Source of the DNA: Candidatus Woesearchaeota archaeon
GTDB lineage: Archaea > Nanobdellota > Nanobdellia > SCGC-AAA011-G17 > PNOQ01
Length of the DNA: 64,000 nt
NCBI GenBank assembly: GCA_043812195.1
Contig: JBDRML010000016.1
Coordinates: 1-64,000, forward strand
Direction of reading: 5' to 3'
The notes below the pieces were generated by a model that was not told the origin of the DNA, did not search any database, and worked only from the letters and a program-made list of their open reading frames with translations. Made by a program: the position numbers and the translations under genes. Position 1 is the first letter of the stretch, and each line of letters starts with the position of its first letter. Positions 1-10,887 of the stretch are shown piece by piece.

Positions 1-1613
1 GGTGGATCTAATGTATAATCTCTTATATATTTAGTTTTAAGTTGTTCTCCAACCCCATCAGCACATCCATCAGGAGAATCATTCGGACAATAACATTCTC
101 CAATATCATAATAACTATTTGGATCTATCCACTCATTACAAGTACCAGGAAGAGAAAATCTACAATAATTAAAAGGATCACAAAATAATTCCCCGCCCGG
201 AGGATAATCAAAATCTTGACAAGTCTTAAAATCAAGTTCTTCAGGAGTATCACAATACCAAGGATAACCACAGTCACACTGCTCTCCCCCAGTTATTCTT
301 CCATCTCCGCATTCCTCACCAGATAAAGGAGTGTACTCACAACATAATAGATATCTATAATCTGATCCACCATATTGTGCTGGGTCACAAGAAGCTACGT
401 GTGCATTTGCTAATGAAGATAATCTCAGTATGCACATATCATTTTCAACACAAGGTTCATCTGGCTCAGTAAGATAACATATACCATCAAAAGAAGAGCT
501 TTTACCAAAATACAAAGTTTTTTCTCCAAAAGTTCCTTCTTCATAAGCATGACAATTAGTATATTCATTAGCTCCCCTACAATTAATATCCATAATAGCT
601 ATATTGCCCCCTCCAATAATATCCTGAACAAATATTTGATTACCAGTTATAGCTGGACAAAAAATCTCTTTATCAGTAATTTGTAACCCAACCTGAGCAT
701 TATAATAATCAAGACTATCAAGATATATCTTAGTCTCGTAAAAGTAAGGAGGCCCAGTAGGTGGATCATCAGGATCTCCAATCACACAATAATCAATAAC
801 ATTTTCTATTATATCTCTTACATATATCCTGTGGTGTGTATCAAATTCATCATCATCAATAGACTTATCATCACATTCCCAGCGATTTGCTGGGAAAGTA
901 ATACCTTCAGTACCATCAAGTACCCAATTATGTAAAGCTCCAGATTTTCCATCCCTCATTGGAAATTCATAACCAAAAATATAATCAGAATTTGTCTCGA
1001 TAGAAAAAGTACAGGAATCTGGTAACGTTGTATCGTGTGGAGGATCACTTAAAGGATCTCCATCTTTAAAATCATCACACACAGGCAATAGTTGAGTATT
1101 ATCCAAGATAGAATTAATAACATTAAAATTATTTGTTTTATAATTAAATATCCTTCCATCATTTCCTGTTGAATCACAATACATCATAACTTCATCTATA
1201 TCTGAAACAGAAAATCCCCATGCCTGAAGATTATCAACATGTAAGTTAGAAGGAGGACCACTAACATCTTCAATTGGTTTTAAGGGAAATGTACCAGAAG
1301 AAGGACCATCTACAGGAAAAATATCCAAAGAAACTTCCGCCTCATGATGATATGCCATAACTAACATCCACCCATCAGGATGGCCATCCTCATCATTATC
1401 AATTTCCATATCACAATATACCTGAAAGGGTTCAGGATCATTAACTGGATCTGGATCAACCCAATAAGTTTTACTAAACGAATAAGGTCTGCCCCAATAT
1501 ATCTCCGCACAACTTCTTCCAGATTCTGAAGGGTTATCACCAATAGCAGCATAAACATTCCCAACACTAGCTAAAAAAACAATCACGACTAAAAATATTA
1601 TACCTCTTTTCAT
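1..1613 (-). CDS. Secreted Cys-rich protein with N-terminal fibrinogen-like domain (partial, runs off window start)
   Basis: Not in the ORF track; translated by hand from ATG 1613. MKRGIIFLVVIVFLASVGNVYA signal peptide, then RSCAEI..YWVDPD..PFQVYCDM..DGWMLV fibrinogen-like motif and a later CGDGRITGGEQCDCG repeat; frame stays open to position 1. Confidence 0.8.
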   Translation of the reverse strand, partial: MKRGIIFLVVIVFLASVGNVYAAIGDNPSESGRSCAEIYWGRPYSFSKTYWVDPDPVNDPEPFQVYCDMEIDNDEDGHPDGWMLVMAYHHEAEVSLDIFPVDGPSSGTFPLKPIEDVSGPPSNLHVDNLQAWGFSVSDIDEVMMYCDSTGNDGRIFNYKTNNFNVINSILDNTQLLPVCDDFKDGDPLSDPPHDTTLPDSCTFSIETNSDYIFGYEFPMRDGKSGALHNWVLDGTEGITFPANRWECDDKSIDDDEFDTHHRIYVRDIIENVIDYCVIGDPDDPPTGPPYFYETKIYLDSLDYYNAQVGLQITDKEIFCPAITGNQIFVQDIIGGGNIAIMDINCRGANEYTNCHAYEEGTFGEKTLYFGKSSSFDGICYLTEPDEPCVENDMCILRLSSLANAHVASCDPAQYGGSDYRYLLCCEYTPLSGEECGDGRITGGEQCDCGYPWYCDTPEELDFKTCQDFDYPPGGELFCDPFNYCRFSLPGTCNEWIDPNSYYDIGECYCPNDSPDGCADGVGEQLKTKYIRDYTLDP

Positions 1614-1640
1614 CAAAAAATAAAATACATTAAAGTTTAT

Positions 1641-4600
1641 TTAAAGCTTTCTTCTTCTACCTGTATAAACAAAATATCCAATTAAAATTAAAACAGACAA
1701 TATTAGAGCCATATTATCAAAGAAATGTACAGGTTCATCTGTATCTAACCAACAATCTATAAATTCACTACTAATTTTTTGACTTCTACACACATCACTA
1801 AAAGTATCTTCATAAAATCTATATTTGTGTCTTTGCTTAGTTCCAATTTTATCTGGACAACCATCAGAATCATCACATGTACAAGTTCTATCATCAATAT
1901 ATTTTATTCCAGAACATTCTCCTGGATTATCTCCAACACCTTCCGCACACTCACAAGAATATCTTGGATTTACATCATCTCCCACATATTCAATAATCTT
2001 ACCAGTAGAACCAAGAGGTAAACAAAAACCATTATCCCCACAAGCATCATCTAAATCTTCAGAAAATTCACACTCTTCATTATACAAATTTCTTACATCA
2101 ACACCATCATCATTATAAAAATCTACATCATCAAACTCAGGTGGATTTTGATTAGCTAAATCATCTAACCTATTATTTCCACAAGCTCTAAGACCATTTG
2201 AATCTCCAAAAAATTTACATTCATTTGGGGTGTCTGGACGATTACAACCTTCCCAATTACCATTTAATCCAGCATCACATTCTTCATTAAATGGTGCCCT
2301 CCATTGCAAAATTCCATCTCCACAACCTTCTTCACGAATATCTGGTTCAACAAGCATACAACCAAGTCCACCTTCAGCACAAACATATCCCTCTTCACAA
2401 TCAGCTTTCTCATATAAACAAGCTTCACAGTTACAACCCTCATTTATTTCAAAACTATCCCCTGATTCACATCTAGTATTATCATTACAACCCCTATATG
2501 GGCAACCTGTATCTCCTTCAATACCACAATATATATTATCACCACTACCACAACAAAGTTTACCTTGAGAAGAGCAAAAAGAACATAAATCCAACACATG
2601 TTTACATTGTGTAACATCAAACTTACATTGATTATTACATCTTAAAAGACCACCTTCATAATTATCAAAACTAGTACATCCTTCTTTATCATCCCAATCA
2701 TAAGATCCACTATCCCAAGGATTTCCATCGCATTCTTCTCCATCATTGATTTCACCATTTTCACAGGGACCAGTCGGATATGGTGGTTCACATTGCGATA
2801 AATCTATAGTGCATTTCTCTTCGCTATTTGGAGGATTACATATCAAATCTCCACTTTCAAAATAGCTATCATAACTTTGGCAATCAATATATCCACCAAA
2901 AATTGGATTTCCATTAATAAATTCACATTTCTCGTTTAAGGTAGGATCAAAATAACCATCTCCACATCTTCTTTCATTAATTAACTCATCATAACAAACA
3001 CCTTCAACACAGGCCAATCCTAGACCACAATTATCTGGTTCTCCTTCACATTCACTACATCCACAAGAATCCCCATCTTCACAAACAAGAGAATTACTAC
3101 CACAATAAGGATTAGCACATAATCCCTCATAACATTCTTCCCCATTTCCTTTATCACAACAATTATAATATTTTGGACATCCATTTTGCCATAATGGATT
3201 ATCTCCACAAGATCTATCTGGAGGACACATACAATCCCCTGGACATGTTGAACATGTTTCACCACCATTACATTCACCATCACCACATTCTGGTTCTCCA
3301 CCAGCAGTTACACATCCAATACCACCCAAACCACAAAAATAGCCATCTGGACAAGGTAGATCACTTTCCCAACAATCAGGGCAATTACAATCTTCATAAA
3401 ACTTTGTTTTACACTCACCATCAAAATCACAACTAGTATATTCACAATGATTAGGACTACAATACGTAAATGCTCCATCATTACAACAAAATCTTCCTAT
3501 TTCAATATTACAGCTATCACAAAAGTCAGATTCATAATAAGGAACACATTCAGTAACATCAAACTCACATTCATCATTACAAATTAATCCACCCCCAACA
3601 TAATCATCATAACTAGTACACCCAATTATACCTCCCCAATCATATCCTTCAATATCTCCAGGATTTCCATCACATATATCATCCCCATTAATAACTTTAT
3701 CACCACACTCTCCAGGAGGGAGAGGGGGAGTACATCCAGAAGTATCTATTTTACATTCATCTTGACTATTTGGTAGATTACATATTAAATTACCACCAGT
3801 ATAATCATCATAATCAGAGCAAGTTAATCCGCCAAAATCAGGAGCATCTAAATTCCCTTCAATAAACTCACATTGCTCACCTAAATCTGGGTTCCATTCA
3901 CCATCTCCACAATCACTAACAGGGGGGAAAGAAGTACAATAATTAAAACTAACTCCATTACATCCAAATATATCTTGAAGTAAATTACCAGATCCAGAAT
4001 TTTCAGGTTCATTACTATCACAATACAAATCTATCAATAAATTTCCCTTAACACCATCATGACATAAATCATTATCATAAACATAATTGTTTGAGGATCC
4101 CTCAAATCTTACACCATACCTATTTCCATAAATTTTGTTATTAGAAAAGGAATTTAATTCTCCATTTGAAACATAAATACCATCATTATATCCTATTATC
4201 TCGCAATTCCTAATTTTAACCTTATCGCCCTCTATTTTAATTCCCTGACCATCAGCATGCCCTCTTAATGTTGCCCAGTTAAAACAATCAACAATTATCT
4301 CATCAGCAACAGAAGTAGCCCGATATCTATTTTTAACCTTTCCTTGAATATAATTATTAGGCCCAGAATATCCACCAGACTTACAAGCCTTAAGATAATA
4401 ATCTCCTACATCTAATTGAACTCTCTTTTCACAATCACCAAAAGGACCACCATCAAAAGAACATTTTACTTGGCCACCAATTCCAGCAGGAACACAATCA
4501 CTAATCAACTGACCATCCGCACCATCTGCCCTAAGCCAAACCTTTCCAGATGTTGTTAATCCAGTCTTAGTACATTTAAAATCAAAATAATCTTCTCCAC

Positions 4601-5126
4601 TAGGATAATTTAAACTAAATTCATCAAACTCACAATCATCATCAACAACACCATCACTAACCAAAGCAAAGGTTGTAGTTTCAATAAGATTATATTCTTC
4701 ATCAATAGAAGAAACAGTTATTCCATTAGGCAATTCATGGTCCCCTGGGCAAATTAAACAATAATCATCCTCACAAGTATTAGAATCTATAACCATTCCA
4801 TCTTCTAAACTCACACAATTATCAATCCACTCACAACCACCAACCAATCCACAAATATATTCAGTAGGTTGATTCTGACAAGGAAAAACTGTATTAGTGC
4901 AAAATGGAGGATTTTGATCCACCTTCCATATACAATTATGAGCTGCATTACATTCATCAGGACTCCAATCCATATATTCATACATCTCTGTACAATCATT
5001 AGTTATAGGAGCACCATAACATCCAGGATCAAATTGAATAGGAGAAAACTGTGCTTCCTCACATCCAGAAATAAATATAACTAAAACCAATACTAAAATA
5101 ATAAGTAATGTTCTGGTATCTTTCAC
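1641..5126 (-). CDS. Large Cys-rich surface protein with parallel beta-helix (NosD-like) segment, CGDG repeats and C-terminal TM anchor
   Basis: 1168-aa ORF; likely GTG start at 5126 after AGAGGTGA SD; signal ending ISGC; repeated CGDG..EQC/ECD and GGxLxCNxxCxFD units; IxNCxIxGYNDGIYV..NNKIYGNRYGV beta-helix; TM plus RRRK tail. Confidence 0.8.
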   Translation of the reverse strand: MKDTRTLLIILVLVLVIFISGCEEAQFSPIQFDPGCYGAPITNDCTEMYEYMDWSPDECNAAHNCIWKVDQNPPFCTNTVFPCQNQPTEYICGLVGGCEWIDNCVSLEDGMVIDSNTCEDDYCLICPGDHELPNGITVSSIDEEYNLIETTTFALVSDGVVDDDCEFDEFSLNYPSGEDYFDFKCTKTGLTTSGKVWLRADGADGQLISDCVPAGIGGQVKCSFDGGPFGDCEKRVQLDVGDYYLKACKSGGYSGPNNYIQGKVKNRYRATSVADEIIVDCFNWATLRGHADGQGIKIEGDKVKIRNCEIIGYNDGIYVSNGELNSFSNNKIYGNRYGVRFEGSSNNYVYDNDLCHDGVKGNLLIDLYCDSNEPENSGSGNLLQDIFGCNGVSFNYCTSFPPVSDCGDGEWNPDLGEQCEFIEGNLDAPDFGGLTCSDYDDYTGGNLICNLPNSQDECKIDTSGCTPPLPPGECGDKVINGDDICDGNPGDIEGYDWGGIIGCTSYDDYVGGGLICNDECEFDVTECVPYYESDFCDSCNIEIGRFCCNDGAFTYCSPNHCEYTSCDFDGECKTKFYEDCNCPDCWESDLPCPDGYFCGLGGIGCVTAGGEPECGDGECNGGETCSTCPGDCMCPPDRSCGDNPLWQNGCPKYYNCCDKGNGEECYEGLCANPYCGSNSLVCEDGDSCGCSECEGEPDNCGLGLACVEGVCYDELINERRCGDGYFDPTLNEKCEFINGNPIFGGYIDCQSYDSYFESGDLICNPPNSEEKCTIDLSQCEPPYPTGPCENGEINDGEECDGNPWDSGSYDWDDKEGCTSFDNYEGGLLRCNNQCKFDVTQCKHVLDLCSFCSSQGKLCCGSGDNIYCGIEGDTGCPYRGCNDNTRCESGDSFEINEGCNCEACLYEKADCEEGYVCAEGGLGCMLVEPDIREEGCGDGILQWRAPFNEECDAGLNGNWEGCNRPDTPNECKFFGDSNGLRACGNNRLDDLANQNPPEFDDVDFYNDDGVDVRNLYNEECEFSEDLDDACGDNGFCLPLGSTGKIIEYVGDDVNPRYSCECAEGVGDNPGECSGIKYIDDRTCTCDDSDGCPDKIGTKQRHKYRFYEDTFSDVCRSQKISSEFIDCWLDTDEPVHFFDNMALILSVLILIGYFVYTGRRRKL

Positions 5127-5209
5127 ATAATCACCTCTATAATACAATTAATATTATACTTATTTATAAAAGTTTCTTATTCAACAAAAAATACCATTTA
5201 TAAATAAAA

Positions 5210-7678
5210 TCAAACCTTTCCCTTAAAAACCAATTTTATCTGCTTTTTAGTCCACCCTTTAGTCAATAAAGAATCTGTAATCTCTTTTTCTCCAAATCCC
5301 CTAGCTTGAGCATTTCTAACAAACTCTTTCAAAATAATTTTATCCCTTTCAGTAACAAATAACTTCTTATGAAACAACTCATAAGAAACAGAATTAGTAA
5401 TTTGCATAAAATTTCCAGGACCTTTATAAAAATTAATATATATAATACCTAATAATAATACAACACCCAATATAATATACAATGTCCAAGGAAATTCTTC
5501 CTCTTCATCATCAATAATGATATCATCATCCACAGAAACATCACTAAACACCACACTCCTAATTTCAACCAAACTATCAGATTTTACAGCATACTTAATA
5601 TCTCTAACACTATCAAAAAATATAACACCTGTAATATTATCTAAATTATAACCTTCACTAAATATAAATACATCTTCAAAACTAAACCCTCTAAAGTCCT
5701 CAATTAAAACATTATTCACACCACCACTCACAGAAACACTCTTATCAACATACATAAAACTCTCAATCTCTCCACTCAAAAACTCAACTTCAAACAAATC
5801 AGCCTTAAGTGAAACATCAACATTCTGCTGATTAAATTTATACAAAGCCTCTCTTTTAGCATCATTCAAAAAAACTTGAGAATAATCAGGAATATTAGAT
5901 GGCAAACTAATCATAGAATTTTCAATCTCTAAAGAATCCTCAAAATCAATTTTCTTAGGAACACTATCAACCAACTCAGATAGTCTTTTAGCAATATCAT
6001 TAAGAAGAACATTTTTACCTTCTTCACTTAAATTACTCTCATTCCCATTTAAATCCTCAAACTCATCCATCAAATCTTTAATAGAACCATTAGCACCACC
6101 AACTAATAAATCATAATCCATTCCATCATAAAATTCTTTAGCATCTCCGCTTATTCCTTTCAAAGATTCAATAGATTCTGACAACCTATCCATCTGCCTA
6201 ATAAATTCATCATATAAATAATCTTCCAAATCAATTATATGAATAACTTTCTCAGTACTTCCTTCCAATCCATTCTCATCAATAACTTTTAATTTAACAA
6301 TATAATCTCCATCTTCTGTATAAGTATGTCTAACAACACTTCCATTTTTTGTAGAATTATCTCCAAAGTCCCACACCCATTTAACAATACTTCCATTATT
6401 AGGTGCCGTAGAATTAGTTCCATTAAATTCAATCTCAATATCTTTTAACACATAATCAACATTATTAACAATAACAGCCTTAGGAACCTCACTCACACTA
6501 AAATTAACAGAATAAGAATCATCTAAAAAACTAATTTTCAAACTACAATTATTCGCATAACTGCTTGGAGTTTTTAAATCCTCAAAAAACTTTAAACTAA
6601 CTTTATCACCTTCAACATCTATTTTATTAAATGTCTCAACTAAATCATAAAATTCTAAAGACGCACCACCTGCATAAACAATATTCAAATCACTTAAAGT
6701 AGCACTTCCACTTCCAGTCATCTTCATTGCAACAGGAATAACACACCAATCATTATCACAATTATCATCAATATAATCCCTAACAACCTGTGCCAATCCA
6801 GCAGAAGAAACTAGTCTTGGACTAGATGGTAAATTTTCTTGATAAACAGCTCTTTGTAAACTTATAAAATAATGTTCAGTTCCAGCACATGTAGGCACCT
6901 GGAAATTATTAGTATCAACAACAAAATGAACCTCAAACTCATTGCTTCCATTATAAACACTTTTTTTCATACTGCAAGAAACATCAGTCCACACATTACC
7001 AACATTATTCAAAACACACACATCACTCCCAACTCTAGCTCTTAGTGTTCCTTCACCAGTTTTTCTAGCCACAGCATTAATATTTATATCAGACTCTTTC
7101 TGAAATTCATCAAATCTTAAAGCTATAACTTCTTCAATCCCAGGCCCAACAACTTCATAAGATCCACCAGGATTACAACCTGCCCTATACTCTTCAGAAT
7201 ACTCTTTAGCACCCCAGCTTAAAAAATCACCCAAATATTTCCAATCATAAACTCCATCATTTCCAATATCTAAAAATAACGGACCCCCACTTCCAGAAAC
7301 CTTAAATGTAACATTATTAATATATCTATCTTGTAAATAAAACGCAAATAATTTTTTATTGCTTCCATCAAAAGTTTCGCTAACAGAACTCTTAGAAGCA
7401 CCTACATCATAAGCCTTTTCTTCAAAATCAGCCATTCCAGAATTTTCATATAAATCAAATAAACTAATCTGCTTAGAATATAAACTACATCCAGAAACTT
7501 CACCTGTAAATTTTTCTCCAACACTAACTTTATCTTCATACTCAAGTTCTATTTCACCTTCAAAATTCTCACTAATTCCATAAATAGATTTATCTAAACT
7601 AAAAATTAATTCTTCATCAGCAGCAATTACAAAAGATAAACTAATTACTACAATTAAAAACAAAATACTCTTTTTCAA
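5210..7678 (-). CDS. PKD-domain membrane-anchored surface protein
   Basis: TTG start with GAGGTGA SD; signal peptide; WVWDFGD..HTY..GDYIVKLKVID PKD motif; C-terminal TM and cytoplasmic tail. Confidence 0.8.
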   Translation of the reverse strand: MKKSILFLIVVISLSFVIAADEELIFSLDKSIYGISENFEGEIELEYEDKVSVGEKFTGEVSGCSLYSKQISLFDLYENSGMADFEEKAYDVGASKSSVSETFDGSNKKLFAFYLQDRYINNVTFKVSGSGGPLFLDIGNDGVYDWKYLGDFLSWGAKEYSEEYRAGCNPGGSYEVVGPGIEEVIALRFDEFQKESDININAVARKTGEGTLRARVGSDVCVLNNVGNVWTDVSCSMKKSVYNGSNEFEVHFVVDTNNFQVPTCAGTEHYFISLQRAVYQENLPSSPRLVSSAGLAQVVRDYIDDNCDNDWCVIPVAMKMTGSGSATLSDLNIVYAGGASLEFYDLVETFNKIDVEGDKVSLKFFEDLKTPSSYANNCSLKISFLDDSYSVNFSVSEVPKAVIVNNVDYVLKDIEIEFNGTNSTAPNNGSIVKWVWDFGDNSTKNGSVVRHTYTEDGDYIVKLKVIDENGLEGSTEKVIHIIDLEDYLYDEFIRQMDRLSESIESLKGISGDAKEFYDGMDYDLLVGGANGSIKDLMDEFEDLNGNESNLSEEGKNVLLNDIAKRLSELVDSVPKKIDFEDSLEIENSMISLPSNIPDYSQVFLNDAKREALYKFNQQNVDVSLKADLFEVEFLSGEIESFMYVDKSVSVSGGVNNVLIEDFRGFSFEDVFIFSEGYNLDNITGVIFFDSVRDIKYAVKSDSLVEIRSVVFSDVSVDDDIIIDDEEEEFPWTLYIILGVVLLLGIIYINFYKGPGNFMQITNSVSYELFHKKLFVTERDKIILKEFVRNAQARGFGEKEITDSLLTKGWTKKQIKLVFKGKV

Positions 7679-7726
7679 TTAATCACCTCTCTTGAAATTT
7701 AGTATGTTTGTATTTAAATATTTCCA

Positions 7727-8227
7727 TTAATAAAATTCTTTACCTTTAACACTAGGTTTAATCCTAATTTTACCATCAAACTTTTTGTATTCTCCACTAA
7801 AATAATTATCCAAAAATACTCCAAGAGCCGCAACTTCAGAATGTGGCTGATTAGTCACACTTAAATTATAATCAGCAAGTTCATAAATTTCAGGAGGAAC
7901 TTTCTCTCCACCTAAAACCAAAACAAAATCTCCTTTTAATTTCTTAATATTTTTCTTAAATTCTAAACCATACATTGCCAAATGAACAATCTTAAATCCT
8001 TTTTTCTTCTTCTCTTTTAAATACTTAATATAATCTTTCTCATAAACAATTTCATAAGAACCACCAAATCTAGAAACAACAGAATTAACAGTTTTCAAAA
8101 TTCCATCATCTTTCTGACCACATAAAATAAATTTATCAGCCCCAAAAGCCCTTCCAACTAAAGCTAAATGTGTACTAATCCTTTTATCTCTAACTATTCT
8201 ATGTCCTAATCTTAAAATTTCAATCAT
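7727..8227 (-). CDS. trm56: tRNA (cytidine(56)-2'-O)-methyltransferase, SPOUT family
   Basis: LRLGHR..RDKRISTH..LVGRAFGA, VHLAMYG, GGEKVP, NQPHSEVAAL motifs. Confidence 0.93.
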   Translation of the reverse strand: MIEILRLGHRIVRDKRISTHLALVGRAFGADKFILCGQKDDGILKTVNSVVSRFGGSYEIVYEKDYIKYLKEKKKKGFKIVHLAMYGLEFKKNIKKLKGDFVLVLGGEKVPPEIYELADYNLSVTNQPHSEVAALGVFLDNYFSGEYKKFDGKIRIKPSVKGKEFY

Positions 8228-8277
8228 AATAAAAAACTAACAAAAAACTATTTAAATAGCTATCCTACCTCAAAATC

Positions 8278-9159
8278 ATGAATTTCGAAGAATTTTATAT
8301 GAAAAATCAAAAAAAGATACTAATAATCCCTATTCTAATATTTATACTAAGTATAATAATATTAGGTTCTCAATTAGCAACTAAAGGATATATAATAGAC
8401 AGAGATGTAACTTTAAAAGGTGGAATTTCAGCCACAATACATTCTAATCAAGAAATTAATTTAGACGATTTAGAATCTCAACTAAGAAGTGAATTCCCAA
8501 ATTCAGATTTTTCAGTTAGACAATTATCAGCATTTGGATCTAAAGAAAACATAGGAATAGTAATAGAAGCAACAGATTTAACAAGTAAACAAATAAGAGA
8601 ATTCATAGAAAATAATCTAGAAACCGTAGACATTTCAATCCAAGAAATGGGTTCAGGTTTGGGTTCTTCTTTCCTAACAGAAACCATAACAGCAATACTA
8701 ATCGCTTTTGTATTAATTATAATAGTAATCTTAATAGCTTTCAGAAAATTCATACCATCACTAGCAATCATTTTATCATTAATCTTAGATTTAACAGCAA
8801 CATTAGCAATAATCTCAATTTTAGGAGTTAAAATCTCATCAGCAGGAATAGCAGCTTTCTTAATGGTTATAGGTTATTCAATAGACACAGATATTCTACT
8901 AACAACTAGATTAATAAAAAGAAAAATGGGCACTAAATATGAAAGACTAAAAGGTGCATTCAATACAGGAATGTTAATGACAATAACAACTTTAACTGCA
9001 TTAACAATTGGATATTTTGTCACAAACTCTTTAATCCTAAAACAAATGTTTAGCATAATCCTAATCGCATTAGTGATTGATATAATCTCAACTTGGATGA
9101 TGAACGCTCCAATATTATTAAATCACTTAAAGAAACATGAAACTCAAGAAAATATTTAA
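8278..9159 (+). CDS. secF: Protein translocase subunit SecF
   Basis: LKGG motif after TM1; GYSIDTDILLTTR motif; adjacent to secD. Confidence 0.92.
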   Translation: MNFEEFYMKNQKKILIIPILIFILSIIILGSQLATKGYIIDRDVTLKGGISATIHSNQEINLDDLESQLRSEFPNSDFSVRQLSAFGSKENIGIVIEATDLTSKQIREFIENNLETVDISIQEMGSGLGSSFLTETITAILIAFVLIIIVILIAFRKFIPSLAIILSLILDLTATLAIISILGVKISSAGIAAFLMVIGYSIDTDILLTTRLIKRKMGTKYERLKGAFNTGMLMTITTLTALTIGYFVTNSLILKQMFSIILIALVIDIISTWMMNAPILLNHLKKHETQENI

Positions 9160-10696
9160 ACGGACTAGAGTATTAATATTATTAGCATTTCTTATAATTA
9201 GTTATTTTGCTATCAATCCTCAATTCGATGTTTCAGGAGTCTCAATTAAAAGTGTAGAGACAGATTCAAACGCAAATTTAGCAGGAATACAATCACCAAC
9301 TCCAGAAACTTCACCAACAAACTTAGAAATTATTAAAGAAATAAATGGAGAAAAAATAAATAACATAGATGATTATTCAAGAATTATATCAGAAATAGAA
9401 ATAAATTCAACTATAAGAATAAAAACTGACAAAGACGAATATTCATTCCCAAAAGATTCAATAGATTTAGGAATATCAGTCCAAAATGCACCATCATCAA
9501 ATATAAAAAAAGGATTAGAATTACAAGGTGGAACAAGAGTTCTTCTTAAACCAGTATCAGACATTACAGAACAACAAAGGGATGAGTTAATGCAAATAAT
9601 GGAATTCAGATTAAACACCTATGGTTTATCAGATATAGACATAAGAAAAACAGATGACTTTTCAGGAAATAAATTCATCTTAGTAGAAATTGCAGGTGCA
9701 ACCAAACAAGAAGTATCAGAATTAATTGCTTCACAAGGAGTTTTCGAAGCAAAAATAGGCAATGATACAGCTTTCAATGGAGGAGACGATGTAACATTTG
9801 TCTGTAGAAACGATGGAACATGTGCAGGAATAAGATCCTGCGATAATGTAGCTCCAGATACAGTACAATGTAGGTTCGAATTCCAAATCAGATTAAGTCC
9901 AGGAGCAGCAAAAAGACAAGCAGACCTAACAAGAAATTTAACCATAATCACAGAAAATAATCAACAATACTTATCTCAAGATTTAGAACTTTATCTTGAT
10001 AATGAACTAGTAGATTCCTTAAAAATTTCAGCAGATCTTCAGGGAGTAGAAGCAACCCAAATTGTAATTTCAGGTCCTGGAGTAGGAGCAACTCAAAATG
10101 AAGCTTTAGAAGAAGCTTCAAATCAAATGAACAAACTACAAACAATTCTAATAACAGGTTCCTTACCAGTAGATTTAGAAATAGAAAGACTAGACACAAT
10201 ATCCCCAATACTAGGTTCAGAATTCACCAATAATGCACTTATAGTTGGTATCCTAGCCGTAATATCTGTCTCTGTAGTTGTTTTCATAAGATACAGAAAC
10301 TTAAAAATTTCAATTCCAATGTTAATAGGTTTAACTTCAGAAATAGTAATCTTATTAGGAATATTCTCATTAATAAAATACAATTTAGACTTAGCAGCAA
10401 TAGCAGGTATAATAGCAGCAGTAGGAACAGGAGTAGATGATTTAATAGTTATTATAGACGAAGTTTTAGGATCTCAAAAAGAATACTTCTACAGATGGAA
10501 AGAAAAACTAAAAAGAGCTTTCTTCATAATCATGGCAGCCTACTTCACTACTGTAGTTGCAATGTTTCCATTATTAATTGCAGGAGCAGGATTATTAAGA
10601 GGATTCGCATGGGCAACAATTATAGGAGTAACAATCGGTGTATTTATTACAAGACCTGCATTCGCAGCCATGGTAGAAACTCTAACAGAAGAATAA
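9137..10696 (+). CDS. secD: Protein translocase subunit SecD
   Basis: KKGLELQGGTRV, RLNTYGLSD, GSLP, SPILG, IAGIIAAVGTGVDD motifs. Confidence 0.93.
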   Translation: MKLKKIFKRTRVLILLAFLIISYFAINPQFDVSGVSIKSVETDSNANLAGIQSPTPETSPTNLEIIKEINGEKINNIDDYSRIISEIEINSTIRIKTDKDEYSFPKDSIDLGISVQNAPSSNIKKGLELQGGTRVLLKPVSDITEQQRDELMQIMEFRLNTYGLSDIDIRKTDDFSGNKFILVEIAGATKQEVSELIASQGVFEAKIGNDTAFNGGDDVTFVCRNDGTCAGIRSCDNVAPDTVQCRFEFQIRLSPGAAKRQADLTRNLTIITENNQQYLSQDLELYLDNELVDSLKISADLQGVEATQIVISGPGVGATQNEALEEASNQMNKLQTILITGSLPVDLEIERLDTISPILGSEFTNNALIVGILAVISVSVVVFIRYRNLKISIPMLIGLTSEIVILLGIFSLIKYNLDLAAIAGIIAAVGTGVDDLIVIIDEVLGSQKEYFYRWKEKLKRAFFIIMAAYFTTVVAMFPLLIAGAGLLRGFAWATIIGVTIGVFITRPAFAAMVETLTEE

Positions 10697-10701
10697 AAAA
10701 G

Positions 10702-10830
10702 TTATTTACCGCTCCTCTTAGAAAGTTGATAAATCTTAAAGATAATAAATATTACTATTATAATTACAATCACACCAAAAATATAAGTCATATTCTGTGT
10801 AGGAGCATATAACGGATCAACAGCTGGCAT
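10702..10830 (-). CDS. 42-aa single-TM small protein
   Basis: MPAVDPLYAPTQNMTYIFGVIVIIIVIFIIFKIYQLSKRSGK; GAGGTGA SD just upstream; below the ORF-track cutoff. Confidence 0.65.
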   Translation of the reverse strand: MPAVDPLYAPTQNMTYIFGVIVIIIVIFIIFKIYQLSKRSGK

Positions 10831-10887
10831 ATTTTAATCACCTCAAATAAAAATGTATTAAATCTTTTAAATAAGTTTCTATTTCAA

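Noticed and set aside
1361-1567. 68-aa minus-strand ORF
   Set aside because: Out-of-frame shadow inside the real fibrinogen-like gene (1-1613).
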